A DNA stretch of 64,000 nt, taken from positions 1,965,581 through 2,029,580 of the forward strand of contig OZ242304.1 of the NCBI GenBank assembly GCA_965207915.1. The letters run 5' to 3'. A program made the translations under genes and the position numbers. The notes under the pieces are model-generated. The model did not search any database and was not told the DNA's origin. It worked only from the letters and a program-made list of their open reading frames with translations. Below are positions 1 through 8,808 of this stretch, piece after piece. The stretch's first letter is position 1. Every line of letters begins with the position of its first letter. This DNA comes from Chloroflexota bacterium (GTDB lineage Bacteria; Chloroflexota; UBA11872; VXNJ01).

Positions 1-159
1 TCCGCCCAGAACCACCAACAAATCGGCCTCCCGGGCCGGTGCAAGGTCTTCGCGCCAGGCGTCAACGTATCCGACCTGGTGCCCGCGCCGACGGAGCAAC
101 GGGTCCAACACTCCCAGATCTTCGAAATGGACGTGGCGGATCGCGATCACAGACGCCAT
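1..159 (-). CDS. Class I glutamine amidotransferase-like protein, 5' part only; the gene runs off the window edge
   Basis: The reverse strand from the ATG at 157-159 reads MASVIAIRHVHFEDLGVLDPLLRRRGHQVGYVDAWREDLAPAREADLLVVLGG. This is a GATase1-like N-terminus (IxHV...LG...DxLxxLGG pattern). Confidence 0.4.
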   Translation of the reverse strand, partial: MASVIAIRHVHFEDLGVLDPLLRRRGHQVGYVDAWREDLAPAREADLLVVLGG

Positions 160-226
160 CGGTCAGATCACCGCCTCTGACGCGCCGGCGGCAACGGCCG
201 CAGTTGCCGGAAGTTCGAAGGGGCCG

Positions 227-1264
227 TCATGCCCGGGCGGCGACTTGCCCGGATCGCTCAGCTGCCAGCCGGGCGGCGAGCCGGAGCGCGTACTCCATGC
301 TTTGCGCATCGGCCTGGCCCTGGCCGGCGATGTCGAACGCTGTGCCGTGCGCCGGGGTCGTGATCACCAGCGGCTGCCCGGCTTGGACCGTTACCCCTTT
401 GTCGAACCCGAGCAGTTTGGTGGCGATCTGGCCCTGGTCGTGGTACATCATCACGACCGCGTCGAACTCCCCGTCGCGGGCGCGCAGAAAAATCGTATCG
501 GCGGGAATCGGACCGGTCACGCGCAGGCCTTCCGCCTGCAGCCGGCGCACCGCCGGGGCGATGATGCGGATTTCCTCGTCGCCGAACAAGCCCTCGTCGC
601 CGCCGTGCGGATTCAATGCCGCAACGCCCAGGCGCGGTCGGGCCTTGCCCATGCCGGCCAGGGTGCGGTCGGCCAGCCGCACGACTTTGGCGATTCTCTC
701 CGGAGTAATCAGGTCCAGGGCCTCGCGCAGCGACACGTGCGAGGTGACGCGGAAGGTGCTGAACTGCGGAATGACGTTCATTTCGCCAAAATCGCCTTCG
801 AATCCGGTCATGCTGGCGATCAGGCCGGCTCCGTCGTTAAATGGCGATCCGCCCAGGTGCAGGGCCGCCTTGTTGAGCGGGGCGAAGCAGATCGCGTCCA
901 ATTCACCAGCCAGGGCGTGGTCGATTACGATCTGCAGCGTTTGTATGCAGGCCCTGCCCGCGGCCGCCGAAGCGCGGCCCTTGGCAACCACTCCCGGGTC
1001 GGCGTTGTTCAAATCCACCAGGGGCACGCCCGTTTCGCATTCCGCCCCGGCTAGCGATGCATGGGTCTTGTACCGGATGTCGACCCCGGCTTCCCGGATT
1101 CCCAGCTCAAGCACCCGGCGGTCGCCGAACAGCACCGGCCGGGCCACGCCCTCCAGTGCCCCCGACGCCAGAGCCTTGACCGTAATCTCCGGTCCGATTC
1201 CGGCCGCGTCGCCCAGCATCAACCCGATGAGCGGCGGGCGTTTCGACATCAAACAGTCGTCCAA
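227..1264 (-). CDS. pdxA: 4-hydroxythreonine-4-phosphate dehydrogenase (PdxA family)
   Basis: 345-aa product with PdxA hallmarks: GDAAGIGPEI, AALNPHGGDEG, MYHDQGQIA, TTPAHGTAFDIAG. Confidence 0.8.
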   Translation of the reverse strand: MDDCLMSKRPPLIGLMLGDAAGIGPEITVKALASGALEGVARPVLFGDRRVLELGIREAGVDIRYKTHASLAGAECETGVPLVDLNNADPGVVAKGRASAAAGRACIQTLQIVIDHALAGELDAICFAPLNKAALHLGGSPFNDGAGLIASMTGFEGDFGEMNVIPQFSTFRVTSHVSLREALDLITPERIAKVVRLADRTLAGMGKARPRLGVAALNPHGGDEGLFGDEEIRIIAPAVRRLQAEGLRVTGPIPADTIFLRARDGEFDAVVMMYHDQGQIATKLLGFDKGVTVQAGQPLVITTPAHGTAFDIAGQGQADAQSMEYALRLAARLAAERSGQVAARA

Positions 1265-1350
1265 TCTTGGGCGCCAGAGGGCCGGGGCAATTTCAACCTA
1301 AACGCAAGTCCCGATCGGGTCCTTCGCCGGCGGTATCGGCGGCAGCCGGG

Positions 1351-2448
1351 TTACCCGGCTTCGGCCCGGATCCGGCCCGGACCCAGCAAGCGCAGTCGGT
1401 CGCCGTCGATTTGAACCAGTCCGGCACCGACGGCGGTCCCCGCCACGCGCCGGGCAAATTCGGGTTCCCAGCCGAGTCCGGCGTGCAGGTGCTCGAGTTC
1501 GCTTTCGCGGCGTTCCTGCGGGGTGCCGTAGTGGTTTAGCAGGTGTTTGACCAGCAGCGTCTGGGCGAATTCAAGCTGCCGCCGCCGCCGGATCCGCAGC
1601 CGCGCTATCAAGCCGCGGCGCGGGGACGCCAGCACCGCGCCGGCGAATTGGATCCCGATGACGCAGGCGACGGATCCGGCGATGGTCGTGTCGAAATACC
1701 AGGCGCCGCCGTACCCAAGAATCGCGGCGCTGGCGCTCAGGCCAAGCGACCAGACGACCATACGTGGCAGGCGTCGGGTGAGCAGCAAAGCGCTCGCCGG
1801 CGGTCCCACCACCAGCGCCACCACCAGGATGGAACCGACCGAATCGAACGCGGTCACTGCGGTCAGCGAGGTGGCCGCAACCAGACCGAGTCCGATCGCC
1901 CCCGGCGACATGCCCATTGCGGCGGCCAGGCCCGGATCGAAGCTGGACACCTTGAGTTCTTTCCAGAAGGCGGCCGTCAGTGAGGCGTTGAGCAGCAGGA
2001 CGGCGCCGAGATACAGGAACGATCGTGGGACCGAGAGCCGGCCGATTTCTACCCGGTCGAAGGGGGCTAGTCCAATCTCCCCGGTCAGGACTACGTCGGT
2101 GTCCAGGTGCACGTTTTCGGCCAGCAGGGTGATCAGCAGTACCGCCAGGGCGAACAGCACCGGGAATACGAGCCCGATTGCGGCGTCGGTGCGGACCAGC
2201 GGTCGCCGCGCAAGGAGGTTCACCATGACTACGGTGAGGATTCCGATCAGCGCCGCGCCGGCCCGCAGCAGCGGCGAACCCAGGTCCCCGCTGAGCAGGA
2301 ACGCCAACACGATCCCCAGCAGCACCGTATGCGAGATCGCGTCGACCAGCATCGCCGATCCGCGCAGCACCAGCCAGGTTCCGGGCAAGCAGCACGACCA
2401 TCCGGCCAACAGGGCCACGGTCAGGACTTCGAGCTGGCCGGGGGTCAA
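1351..2448 (-). CDS. Metal (Mn/Zn) ABC transporter permease of the ABC-3 family (TroD/MntB-like), with a C-terminal DtxR/MntR-like metal-binding/dimerisation extension of about 75 aa
   Basis: The first ~290 aa are a polytopic ABC-3 permease (DAISHTVLLGIVLAFLL...). The tail LEFAQTLLVKHLLNHYGTPQERRESELEHLHAGLGWEPEFARRV aligns with DtxR helices 4-6 (RLAERLLTDIIGL..HDEACRWEHVMSDEVERRL). The start overlaps the upstream permease stop by 4 nt. Confidence 0.8.
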   Translation of the reverse strand: MTPGQLEVLTVALLAGWSCCLPGTWLVLRGSAMLVDAISHTVLLGIVLAFLLSGDLGSPLLRAGAALIGILTVVMVNLLARRPLVRTDAAIGLVFPVLFALAVLLITLLAENVHLDTDVVLTGEIGLAPFDRVEIGRLSVPRSFLYLGAVLLLNASLTAAFWKELKVSSFDPGLAAAMGMSPGAIGLGLVAATSLTAVTAFDSVGSILVVALVVGPPASALLLTRRLPRMVVWSLGLSASAAILGYGGAWYFDTTIAGSVACVIGIQFAGAVLASPRRGLIARLRIRRRRQLEFAQTLLVKHLLNHYGTPQERRESELEHLHAGLGWEPEFARRVAGTAVGAGLVQIDGDRLRLLGPGRIRAEAG

Positions 2449-3596
2449 GGGGAAGTCCCCGGCAACGCGATGTTGCGTTCATCCAGGATCCCGCGGGCCC
2501 GCGCGATTCCCTGGGCGGTCAACCTCCAGCCCTGTCCCGGGGAGCCGGTCGCCAGGCCGGCCGCGGCTAGCTCCCGAACCATCTCGTCGACGCCGTCGAG
2601 GTCGGGGATGCTGGCTTGGATTGCCGCCGCCGAGTGCAAGTGCTGACCGCTTAAATGCTGCCCTTCCAGGGCGAGCATCGCCGCCAGGGTCTTCTCAAGC
2701 CGGAAGCGGCTGCGGCGACGCTGGGTGCGCACGTACTCGGCAATGACCCCGTGCCGCGGTGCCGCGACGATCGACACGAGGGCGATTGCGCCCAGGCTCA
2801 GGACCACCAGCGGGCCGGTCGCCAGCGACGGGCCGAGGATCGAGACGAAGGCGCCGGCCACGCCCCCGGTCACGCCAAAGGCAGCGCTCAGGGTGGTCAC
2901 CACCGCGAAGCGGTCGGACCACTGGCGGGCTGCCACGGCCGGCGCCACCAGCATCGCGCTCATCAACACCACGCCCACGACTTTGAGCCCGGCCGCGATC
3001 GTCACAACCAGTAGCAGAACAAGCAACAGGTCGAGGCGACGCACCGCGACTCCGGCCACCTGGGCGAATTCGTAATCGAAGCAAATCGCCCGGAATTCGT
3101 TCCATCGCCAAGCAACTGCCGCCAGCACCAGCAAAGCGGTGGCGGCGATGGTGAGCAGGTCCGCGGCTACGATCGCCGCGGCCTGGCCGAAGAGGAAGTT
3201 GTTCAGCCCAGCCTGGGCGCTGTCGCCGCGCGACTGGGCGACCAGCAGGACCATGCCGAGTCCGAACGCGGCGGTCAGGACCAGGGCGAGGGCCGAATCG
3301 AACTTGACCGGGGTCGAGCGTGCCGTAAGTGAGATTGCGGCCGCCGCCGCAACTCCGGTGACACTGGCCCCGGCAATAAGGGCCCAGGGTTCGCGGACTC
3401 CCACCAGCATCGCTGCCACAACCACCCCGGGAAGGGTGGCGTGCGAAACCGCATCGCCCATCAGACTCTGCCCCCGGGCGACGGCGAACGATCCGATCAC
3501 CCCGCTGATCAGGCCCATTGCCGCCGCGCCGGCGGCCACGGTTCGGAAAGTGTGGCCAAGCAGGTACTGGTTGAGGAACTCGCCTAGTTCGGGCAC
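2445..3596 (-). CDS. Metal ABC transporter permease of the ABC-3 family (TroC/MntC-like), with a C-terminal DtxR-like winged-helix DNA-binding extension of about 95 aa
   Basis: ABC-3 permease core, followed by LEKTLAAMLALEGQ...SAAAIQASIPDLDGVDEMVRELAAAGLATGSPGQGWRLTAQGIARARGILDERNIA. This resembles the DtxR N-terminal HTH (TEMYLRTIYELEEEG...[26 protein letters not shown]...TPTGRTLATAVMRKHRLAE). Confidence 0.8.
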   Translation of the reverse strand: MPELGEFLNQYLLGHTFRTVAAGAAAMGLISGVIGSFAVARGQSLMGDAVSHATLPGVVVAAMLVGVREPWALIAGASVTGVAAAAAISLTARSTPVKFDSALALVLTAAFGLGMVLLVAQSRGDSAQAGLNNFLFGQAAAIVAADLLTIAATALLVLAAVAWRWNEFRAICFDYEFAQVAGVAVRRLDLLLVLLLVVTIAAGLKVVGVVLMSAMLVAPAVAARQWSDRFAVVTTLSAAFGVTGGVAGAFVSILGPSLATGPLVVLSLGAIALVSIVAAPRHGVIAEYVRTQRRRSRFRLEKTLAAMLALEGQHLSGQHLHSAAAIQASIPDLDGVDEMVRELAAAGLATGSPGQGWRLTAQGIARARGILDERNIALPGTSP

Positions 3597-3600
3597 TGGA

Positions 3601-4350
3601 TCAGTCGGTGTCTGCCAGCAGCGGGTTCTGGACCCCGTAGGCCAGGCTCAGGTTGGCGTTGGTGAACTCGGCCGCGACCGGGCCGGCCGCGATTCGCGAG
3701 ACGTTCAGAATCAGGACGTGGTCGAAGTACTCGGCCACCGTCCCCAGGTCATGGTGAACCGCCAACACTGTGCCACCGCCCTGCTGGATCCTTGCAAATA
3801 AGTCCGCGATCGTGCGCTCGGATACCGCGTCGATGCCCTGGAATGGTTCATCCAGGATGAAGAGCGATGCGTCCTGGACCAGGGCGCGGGCAAGGAATAC
3901 GCGTTGTTGTTGGCCCCCGGATAGGTCGGCGATGTGCCGGTTCGCAAACTCGCTCATGCCGACGTCGGCCAGCGCGGCGCGGGCCCGCTGGTTGTCGTCG
4001 CGCCCCGGACGGCGCAGCCAACCCAGATGCCCGAAGCGACCCATCAGGACCACGTCGAGGACATTGATCGGGAAGTCCCAGTCGACGCTCTCGCGCTGCG
4101 GCACGTAGGCGACCCGTCGCCGATCCGGGTCCCGCGCCGTACCGAACAACTCGATGGTCCCGGCGGCCGGCTTCACCAGTCCCAGCACCGCCTTCAGAAG
4201 GGTCGATTTGCCGGCCCCGTTGGGACCGACAACCGCCATCGCGGCACCCTGCGGGACATCGAGATCAAGGTCCCAAAGCGCGGGCTTTTCCTCGTATGCA
4301 ACGGTGAGGTCAGCAACCCGCAGGGCCGGAGCATCCTCGGCCGAGTTCAT
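3601..4350 (-). CDS. Metal ABC transporter ATP-binding protein (TroB/MntA/ZnuC-like)
   Basis: Walker [10 protein letters not shown], signature LSGGQQQRV, Walker B LFILDEP, and an H-loop. It overlaps the upstream SBP gene by 4 nt. Confidence 0.85.
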   Translation of the reverse strand: MNSAEDAPALRVADLTVAYEEKPALWDLDLDVPQGAAMAVVGPNGAGKSTLLKAVLGLVKPAAGTIELFGTARDPDRRRVAYVPQRESVDWDFPINVLDVVLMGRFGHLGWLRRPGRDDNQRARAALADVGMSEFANRHIADLSGGQQQRVFLARALVQDASLFILDEPFQGIDAVSERTIADLFARIQQGGGTVLAVHHDLGTVAEYFDHVLILNVSRIAAGPVAAEFTNANLSLAYGVQNPLLADTD

Positions 4351-5309
4351 TGCCCGAGCGCGCCCGCGATCGCCGCTACGTTGGCCCGGTACATGCCTTC
4401 AAACGTCCCGGCATCCGAATCGCGCGGCCCCAGCGCATCCGAGAAAAGTTCGCCTCCGATCTGGACCTGGTGCCCCTGGGCCCGTGCCGCCTCGAGAACG
4501 GCGCGCATCGTTTGGTCCGGAACCGAGGTTTCGATGAATATCGCCGGGATTTTTTCTTCGGTCAGAAAGTTCGCCAACCGCTGAACGTCGCCGGCCCCGG
4601 CTTCGGAAGCCGTCGATATCCCCTGGAGACCGTAGACCTGAAATCCCCATGCGCGCCCGAAGTAGCCGAATGCATCGTGGGCAGTGACCAGTATCCGCCG
4701 GTCCGGGGGTACCTTTTCCAGCTGAGACCCGGCCCATCGGCCAAGTTCCGCCAGCCCGCGAAGGTAATCCTCGGAGTTGGCCTCATATTCATCGGCACCG
4801 GCCGGATCGGCGGCCGCGAGTTCCGTGGTTATGGTCGCGACCGCCTGCGACCAGAGCTCTAAGTCAAACCACACGTGCGGGTCGTGCCCGCCTTGTAAAC
4901 CCGCGGTATCGATGAGAGCGCTCTCGGGCATGTCGCGCGTGACCGCCACCGAACGGCGGCCGTCGCGACCCAAATTGGCCAATATGTCGGCCAGTTTGGC
5001 CTCCAAATGCAGGCCGTTGAAGAAGATGACGTCGGCCTGTTCCAAGCGCACCAGGTCCCCTTCGGACAGGACGTACAGGTGCGGATCCGTGCCCGGCCCC
5101 ATCAGGGCGTGCAACGTGACGCGATTGCCGGCCACGTTGGCGACGACGTCCTCGATTTGCCCGGTGGTGACCACCACCCGCAGCCGACCGTCGTCCGGTT
5201 GGGCGGCGTCGCAACCAAACAGGGCCGCCGCCAGCAGCGCAAACGCGCCGACGAGGCGCAGCCGGCTGGGTGAGCGGGACCGGAGTCCGCGGGCGATGAA
5301 AACGAACAA
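4347..5309 (-). CDS. Metal ABC transporter substrate-binding lipoprotein (TroA/ZnuA/MntC cluster-9 SBP)
   Basis: Lipobox LLAAALFGC; metal-ligand region HDPHVWFD; the overall SBP architecture. The start appears to be TTG at 5307-5309. Confidence 0.8.
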   Translation of the reverse strand: MFVFIARGLRSRSPSRLRLVGAFALLAAALFGCDAAQPDDGRLRVVVTTGQIEDVVANVAGNRVTLHALMGPGTDPHLYVLSEGDLVRLEQADVIFFNGLHLEAKLADILANLGRDGRRSVAVTRDMPESALIDTAGLQGGHDPHVWFDLELWSQAVATITTELAAADPAGADEYEANSEDYLRGLAELGRWAGSQLEKVPPDRRILVTAHDAFGYFGRAWGFQVYGLQGISTASEAGAGDVQRLANFLTEEKIPAIFIETSVPDQTMRAVLEAARAQGHQVQIGGELFSDALGPRDSDAGTFEGMYRANVAAIAGALGQ

Positions 5310-5325
5310 CCGGATTCAGTTGCAG

Positions 5326-5356
5326 ATGATAATCATTTACAAAAAGGATTGTAATC
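5326..5356. promoter_or_regulatory. Candidate metalloregulator operator: two AT-rich palindromes in the divergent promoter of the metal uptake operon
   Basis: ATGATAATCAT (5326-5336, a perfect 5-1-5 palindrome) and GATTGTAATC (5347-5356, 4-2-4). They sit in an AT-rich island inside an otherwise ~68% GC genome, immediately upstream of the SBP start. Confidence 0.35.
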
Positions 5357-5459
5357 ACGCCGGCGGGGGCGTCGCAGCGCTTGTCGCAAAGCTCGCCCGC
5401 GCGGGCATCTGGCAAACTGCAATCTGGTTCAGCATCCGACGAGAAATGTACGAACGCGC

Positions 5460-6227
5460 ATGCCCGAGAAATTGAATCTGCGTCAGAAGTTGCTGGCCGG
5501 CGAAACGGTGATGGGACCTTTCTTGACCATGCCCAGCCCCGACGTAGTCGAAATGATCGCCATCGCCGGTTTCGACTTTGCGATCGTCGATACCGAGCAT
5601 GGCATGTATTCGGAAGAGCGGGCCGCCCAGCTGGTTCGCGCTGCCGCCGCCCGGTCGATGGCAGCGGTCGTCCGCGTGCCGCAGGTGGACCCGCCACAAA
5701 TCACCAAGGCGCTCGATATGGGAGCTCAGGGGGTTATGGTCCCCCAGATCTCAAGTCCGGAGGCGGCTGCACGCGCCGTGGCCGCCGCCCGCTATCACCC
5801 CCTGGGCAACCGCGGCGTGATGGCGCACGTGCGCAATGCCGATTATTCCTCGCTGGGTGACCCCGGGTTCTACGAACGCGAGAACGAACGAGCAGCGGTA
5901 ATCCTGCAGATCGAGGGATCAGAGGGAATTGAATGCCTGCCGCAACTATGCCGCCTGGACGGAGTCGACTGTTTCTTTATCGGCGTGATGGATTTGTCGC
6001 AATCGCTGGGAGTGCCTGGGCAGCCTGAGCACCCGACGGTCATCGAACAGGTGGCGGCAACGGTGGATTTGTGCGCTCGCTACGGCAAAGCCCTGGGGAT
6101 TTACGCTTTTGATCCGGAGCCCGCCCGGCGCTGGCTGGACATGGGAATTCAGTTTCTCGGCTATCACACAGATGCCGGCGTGATGGTTGAAGCGTTCCGC
6201 CGGTTGCGCCGCCAACTGGCTCAGTAG
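5460..6227 (+). CDS. HpcH/HpaI family 2-keto-3-deoxy-acid aldolase
   Basis: 255 aa with family-typical motifs: FAIVDTEHG, QGVMVPQI, RGVMAHVRNADYSS. Confidence 0.8.
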   Translation: MPEKLNLRQKLLAGETVMGPFLTMPSPDVVEMIAIAGFDFAIVDTEHGMYSEERAAQLVRAAAARSMAAVVRVPQVDPPQITKALDMGAQGVMVPQISSPEAAARAVAAARYHPLGNRGVMAHVRNADYSSLGDPGFYERENERAAVILQIEGSEGIECLPQLCRLDGVDCFFIGVMDLSQSLGVPGQPEHPTVIEQVAATVDLCARYGKALGIYAFDPEPARRWLDMGIQFLGYHTDAGVMVEAFRRLRRQLAQ

Positions 6228-6637
6228 CGGGCCAGGCGCCAGAAGACCGCCGCCACCCCGGCGGCGAGGAAAAAGACCGAACTGATCACCAGGGCCAGGA
6301 AGAGGGCCGGGAATTCAACGCTCAGGCTGCCAGTCGGGATTTGCGCTATTTCGACCTGTTGGGCAATTGCCACCAGCAGCGACCCGGCGAGCACACCCTG
6401 CAGCATGGCGCTGGAACCCAGCCAGCGAGCCCGGGCCGCGTCGCTTCCGCCGCGCCGCACCCGGTCCCCGATCACCCAGCCAGCGGCCACTCCGGCGATC
6501 AATGCCAGCGGGGAGAAGACGTTGTACCCCGACGCCAGCAGGAAAATGACGTTGGCCGCGCCGGCGATCCCGGTCAATATCAGGGCCTCGGAAAGCGCCT
6601 GGCGCCGCCTGCGCGTTGCCGGCGGGGGCTGCCCCAT
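6221..6637 (-). CDS. Hypothetical membrane protein; possibly N-terminally extended by a Cys-rich zinc-ribbon segment
   Basis: 138-aa ORF with 3-4 predicted TM helices. See the finding on 6638-6769 for the in-frame 4xCxxC segment directly upstream. Confidence 0.4.
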   Translation of the reverse strand: MGQPPPATRRRRQALSEALILTGIAGAANVIFLLASGYNVFSPLALIAGVAAGWVIGDRVRRGGSDAARARWLGSSAMLQGVLAGSLLVAIAQQVEIAQIPTGSLSVEFPALFLALVISSVFFLAAGVAAVFWRLARY

Positions 6638-6769
6638 GCATTCAAAGCAGATCAGTCCGGCGTCGGTGCGCTGCAGACACTCCTGGCAGTAGGGCCGCTG
6701 GCAGCGAATGCAGTCAAGCAGAGTCGGGAGCCCGCAATGCGAGCAGACCTTGGACGACAGGGCTGAAAG

Positions 6770-7435
6770 CTAGCGGCGCGGCCGTCGCGCGCGCTTGAAA
6801 TAGGTGGGCCAGGCCGCCAGCTGCAGTTCCTTGCCCGCCGCCAGGCGCTTGAGGTTGTCGTGATGCCGCCAGATGATCATCGCGCTGCCCAGGGCCACGT
6901 AAACCATTCCCCACGGGGACTGCCAGAGACCGGTGAAATACAAGGTGAACGCGAGCAGCACGGCGATCAGCGTACCGATGAGTGACCCCAGCGAAACGTA
7001 GCGCAGGGCCGCGACCAGGCCCACGCCGACTATCACCGCCGCGATCACCACGACCGGGTAAATGACCAGCCCGGCGCCGATGCCGGTGGCTACCCCCCGT
7101 CCGCCGCTGAAGCCGTTGAAGATCGACCAGTTGTGACCGATCACCGCCGCCAGGGCGGAAATCGCTTGGATTCCGGGCAGGTCTTGGAAGAGGAGGCCCG
7201 GAATGAGCGCGGCGGCCACACCCTTGAGCAGGTCCGCCAGCAGGACGATCGCGCCGGCCGCCGGACCGACCACGCGCAGCGCATTAGTGGCACCGTAATT
7301 GCCGCTGCCTTTGGTCGAAAGGTCGGCTGAGAACACCCCTTGGGCGACCCAGCGGGCAAAGGGCATCGATCCCAGTAGATACGCCGCCAGGGTCACGATG
7401 ACCAGGTAGAGAATCGAAGAAATTTCGGAGTTCAT
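6770..7435 (-). CDS. plsY: Glycerol-3-phosphate acyltransferase PlsY
   Basis: GSGNYGATNALR motif; polytopic; 221 aa; overlaps der by 4 nt. Confidence 0.85.
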   Translation of the reverse strand: MNSEISSILYLVIVTLAAYLLGSMPFARWVAQGVFSADLSTKGSGNYGATNALRVVGPAAGAIVLLADLLKGVAAALIPGLLFQDLPGIQAISALAAVIGHNWSIFNGFSGGRGVATGIGAGLVIYPVVVIAAVIVGVGLVAALRYVSLGSLIGTLIAVLLAFTLYFTGLWQSPWGMVYVALGSAMIIWRHHDNLKRLAAGKELQLAAWPTYFKRARRPRR

Positions 7436-8775
7436 GCTCTTCCGCCACGCCCGCCCGATTGCTTGCCTCGCGCCGATCGCGCGCGCATGCGAATCACCGT
7501 GCCCTCAAGCTTAAATTGCCGTCGCAAACCGTTCTCGAGATAGCGCATATAGGACCCGTGAACGAACTTCGGGTCGGAGAAAAAAAGGTCGAAGCGCGGC
7601 GGCTTTTGACCGGTCTGAGTCGCGTAGCGCAGACGGGCCACTTGCCCGCGCGGACCGCGCGCGGTGCGGCGCTGGCCCAGTGTTAGCAGGCATCGGTTCA
7701 GCTGGGGCGTGGGAATCGCCAGGGCCCGGTTGTCGTAAACCTCCAGCGCCAGCCGCGGCACATTTTTGATGCTGCGCCCGGTCAGCGCCGAGACCTGCGC
7801 CAGCGGCGCATGGGCAATGAACCGCATCCGGACCCGCAGCGAATCCTGGAAACGGTGCAGGGCGCTCGCGTCCTCTTCCAGCAGGTCCCACTTGTTGGCA
7901 GCGAGGACGAGGCCGCAACCGCATTCGGCCGCGTACCCGGCAATGTGGGCATCTTGTGCGGTCACGCCCTCGCTGGCGTCAATCACCAGTACGCACACGT
8001 CGGCGCGGTCGATCGCGCGCAGCGATCGGATCACCGAAAAACGCTCCACCCCCATCTGTACCCTGCCGCGCCTGCGCAACCCGGCCGTGTCCAGAAGCGT
8101 AAGGCGCCGACCGGACCACTGGTATTCGGCATCGACCACGTCGCGGGTGGTCCCCGGCACCGGGCTGGTCAGCGAGCGCTCCTGTCCGAGCAATGAGTTG
8201 AGCAGGGTCGATTTGCCGGTATTCGGACGACCCGCGATCGCGACCTGCGGTAGGTCAGCGGTTTCCGGCGCAGGGACTTGCGCCGGAATCAGGCGGCCTA
8301 TCTGACCCAAGGCCGCGGCCGTCCCGCGGCCGCGACGGGCGGAAACCGCCAGCGGCGGGCCTAGACCGAGGCGGTGGAATTCGGGCGCCAGTTGATCGCG
8401 TTCCGGAGAGTCGCATTTGTTCACCAACAACAGGCGCGGCAGGCCCGACCGCCGTACTACCGCGGCGACCGCCAAGTCCTCGGTCGTCACGCCCAGGGTT
8501 GAGTCGGCTACGACCACCAGCAGGTCGGCGTCCTCGACGGCGCCGCGGGCCAGCTGGTCGGCGGCGAGCGCCAGTTCATCGCGCTGATTGGCAAAGAGTC
8601 CGGCCGTATCCACCAGGAGGAATGACCGCCCACGGTGCTGCACGCGCCGGTAGGAGCGATCGCGGGTCGTGCCGGGCTGGTCCTCGACTACCGCGTGACG
8701 CGACCTGGTGAGGCGGTTGAACAACGACGATTTGCCGACGTTGGGCGGCCCGATCAAGGCGGCGACTGCGACCAA
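7432..8775 (-). CDS. der: Ribosome-associated GTPase Der (EngA)
   Basis: Two tandem GTPase domains (GPPNVGKSSLFN and GRPNTGKSTLLN), DTAGL motifs, and a KH-like C-terminus. Confidence 0.9.
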   Translation of the reverse strand: MVAVAALIGPPNVGKSSLFNRLTRSRHAVVEDQPGTTRDRSYRRVQHRGRSFLLVDTAGLFANQRDELALAADQLARGAVEDADLLVVVADSTLGVTTEDLAVAAVVRRSGLPRLLLVNKCDSPERDQLAPEFHRLGLGPPLAVSARRGRGTAAALGQIGRLIPAQVPAPETADLPQVAIAGRPNTGKSTLLNSLLGQERSLTSPVPGTTRDVVDAEYQWSGRRLTLLDTAGLRRRGRVQMGVERFSVIRSLRAIDRADVCVLVIDASEGVTAQDAHIAGYAAECGCGLVLAANKWDLLEEDASALHRFQDSLRVRMRFIAHAPLAQVSALTGRSIKNVPRLALEVYDNRALAIPTPQLNRCLLTLGQRRTARGPRGQVARLRYATQTGQKPPRFDLFFSDPKFVHGSYMRYLENGLRRQFKLEGTVIRMRARSARGKQSGGRGGRA

Positions 8776-8808
8776 TTCAAATTCCTCTGATTCAACCGTG
8801 GCGCCGGG

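Noticed and set aside
39-1301. 420-aa plus-strand ORF covering the start of the window
   Set aside because: It lies entirely antisense to a well-supported pdxA gene. Its product is a low-complexity Arg/Ala/Pro-rich sequence, which is the typical GC-driven shadow ORF.
1547-2746. 399-aa plus-strand ORF
   Set aside because: It is antisense to the two ABC-3 permease genes. Its Arg/Ser/Pro-rich translation has no domain signature.
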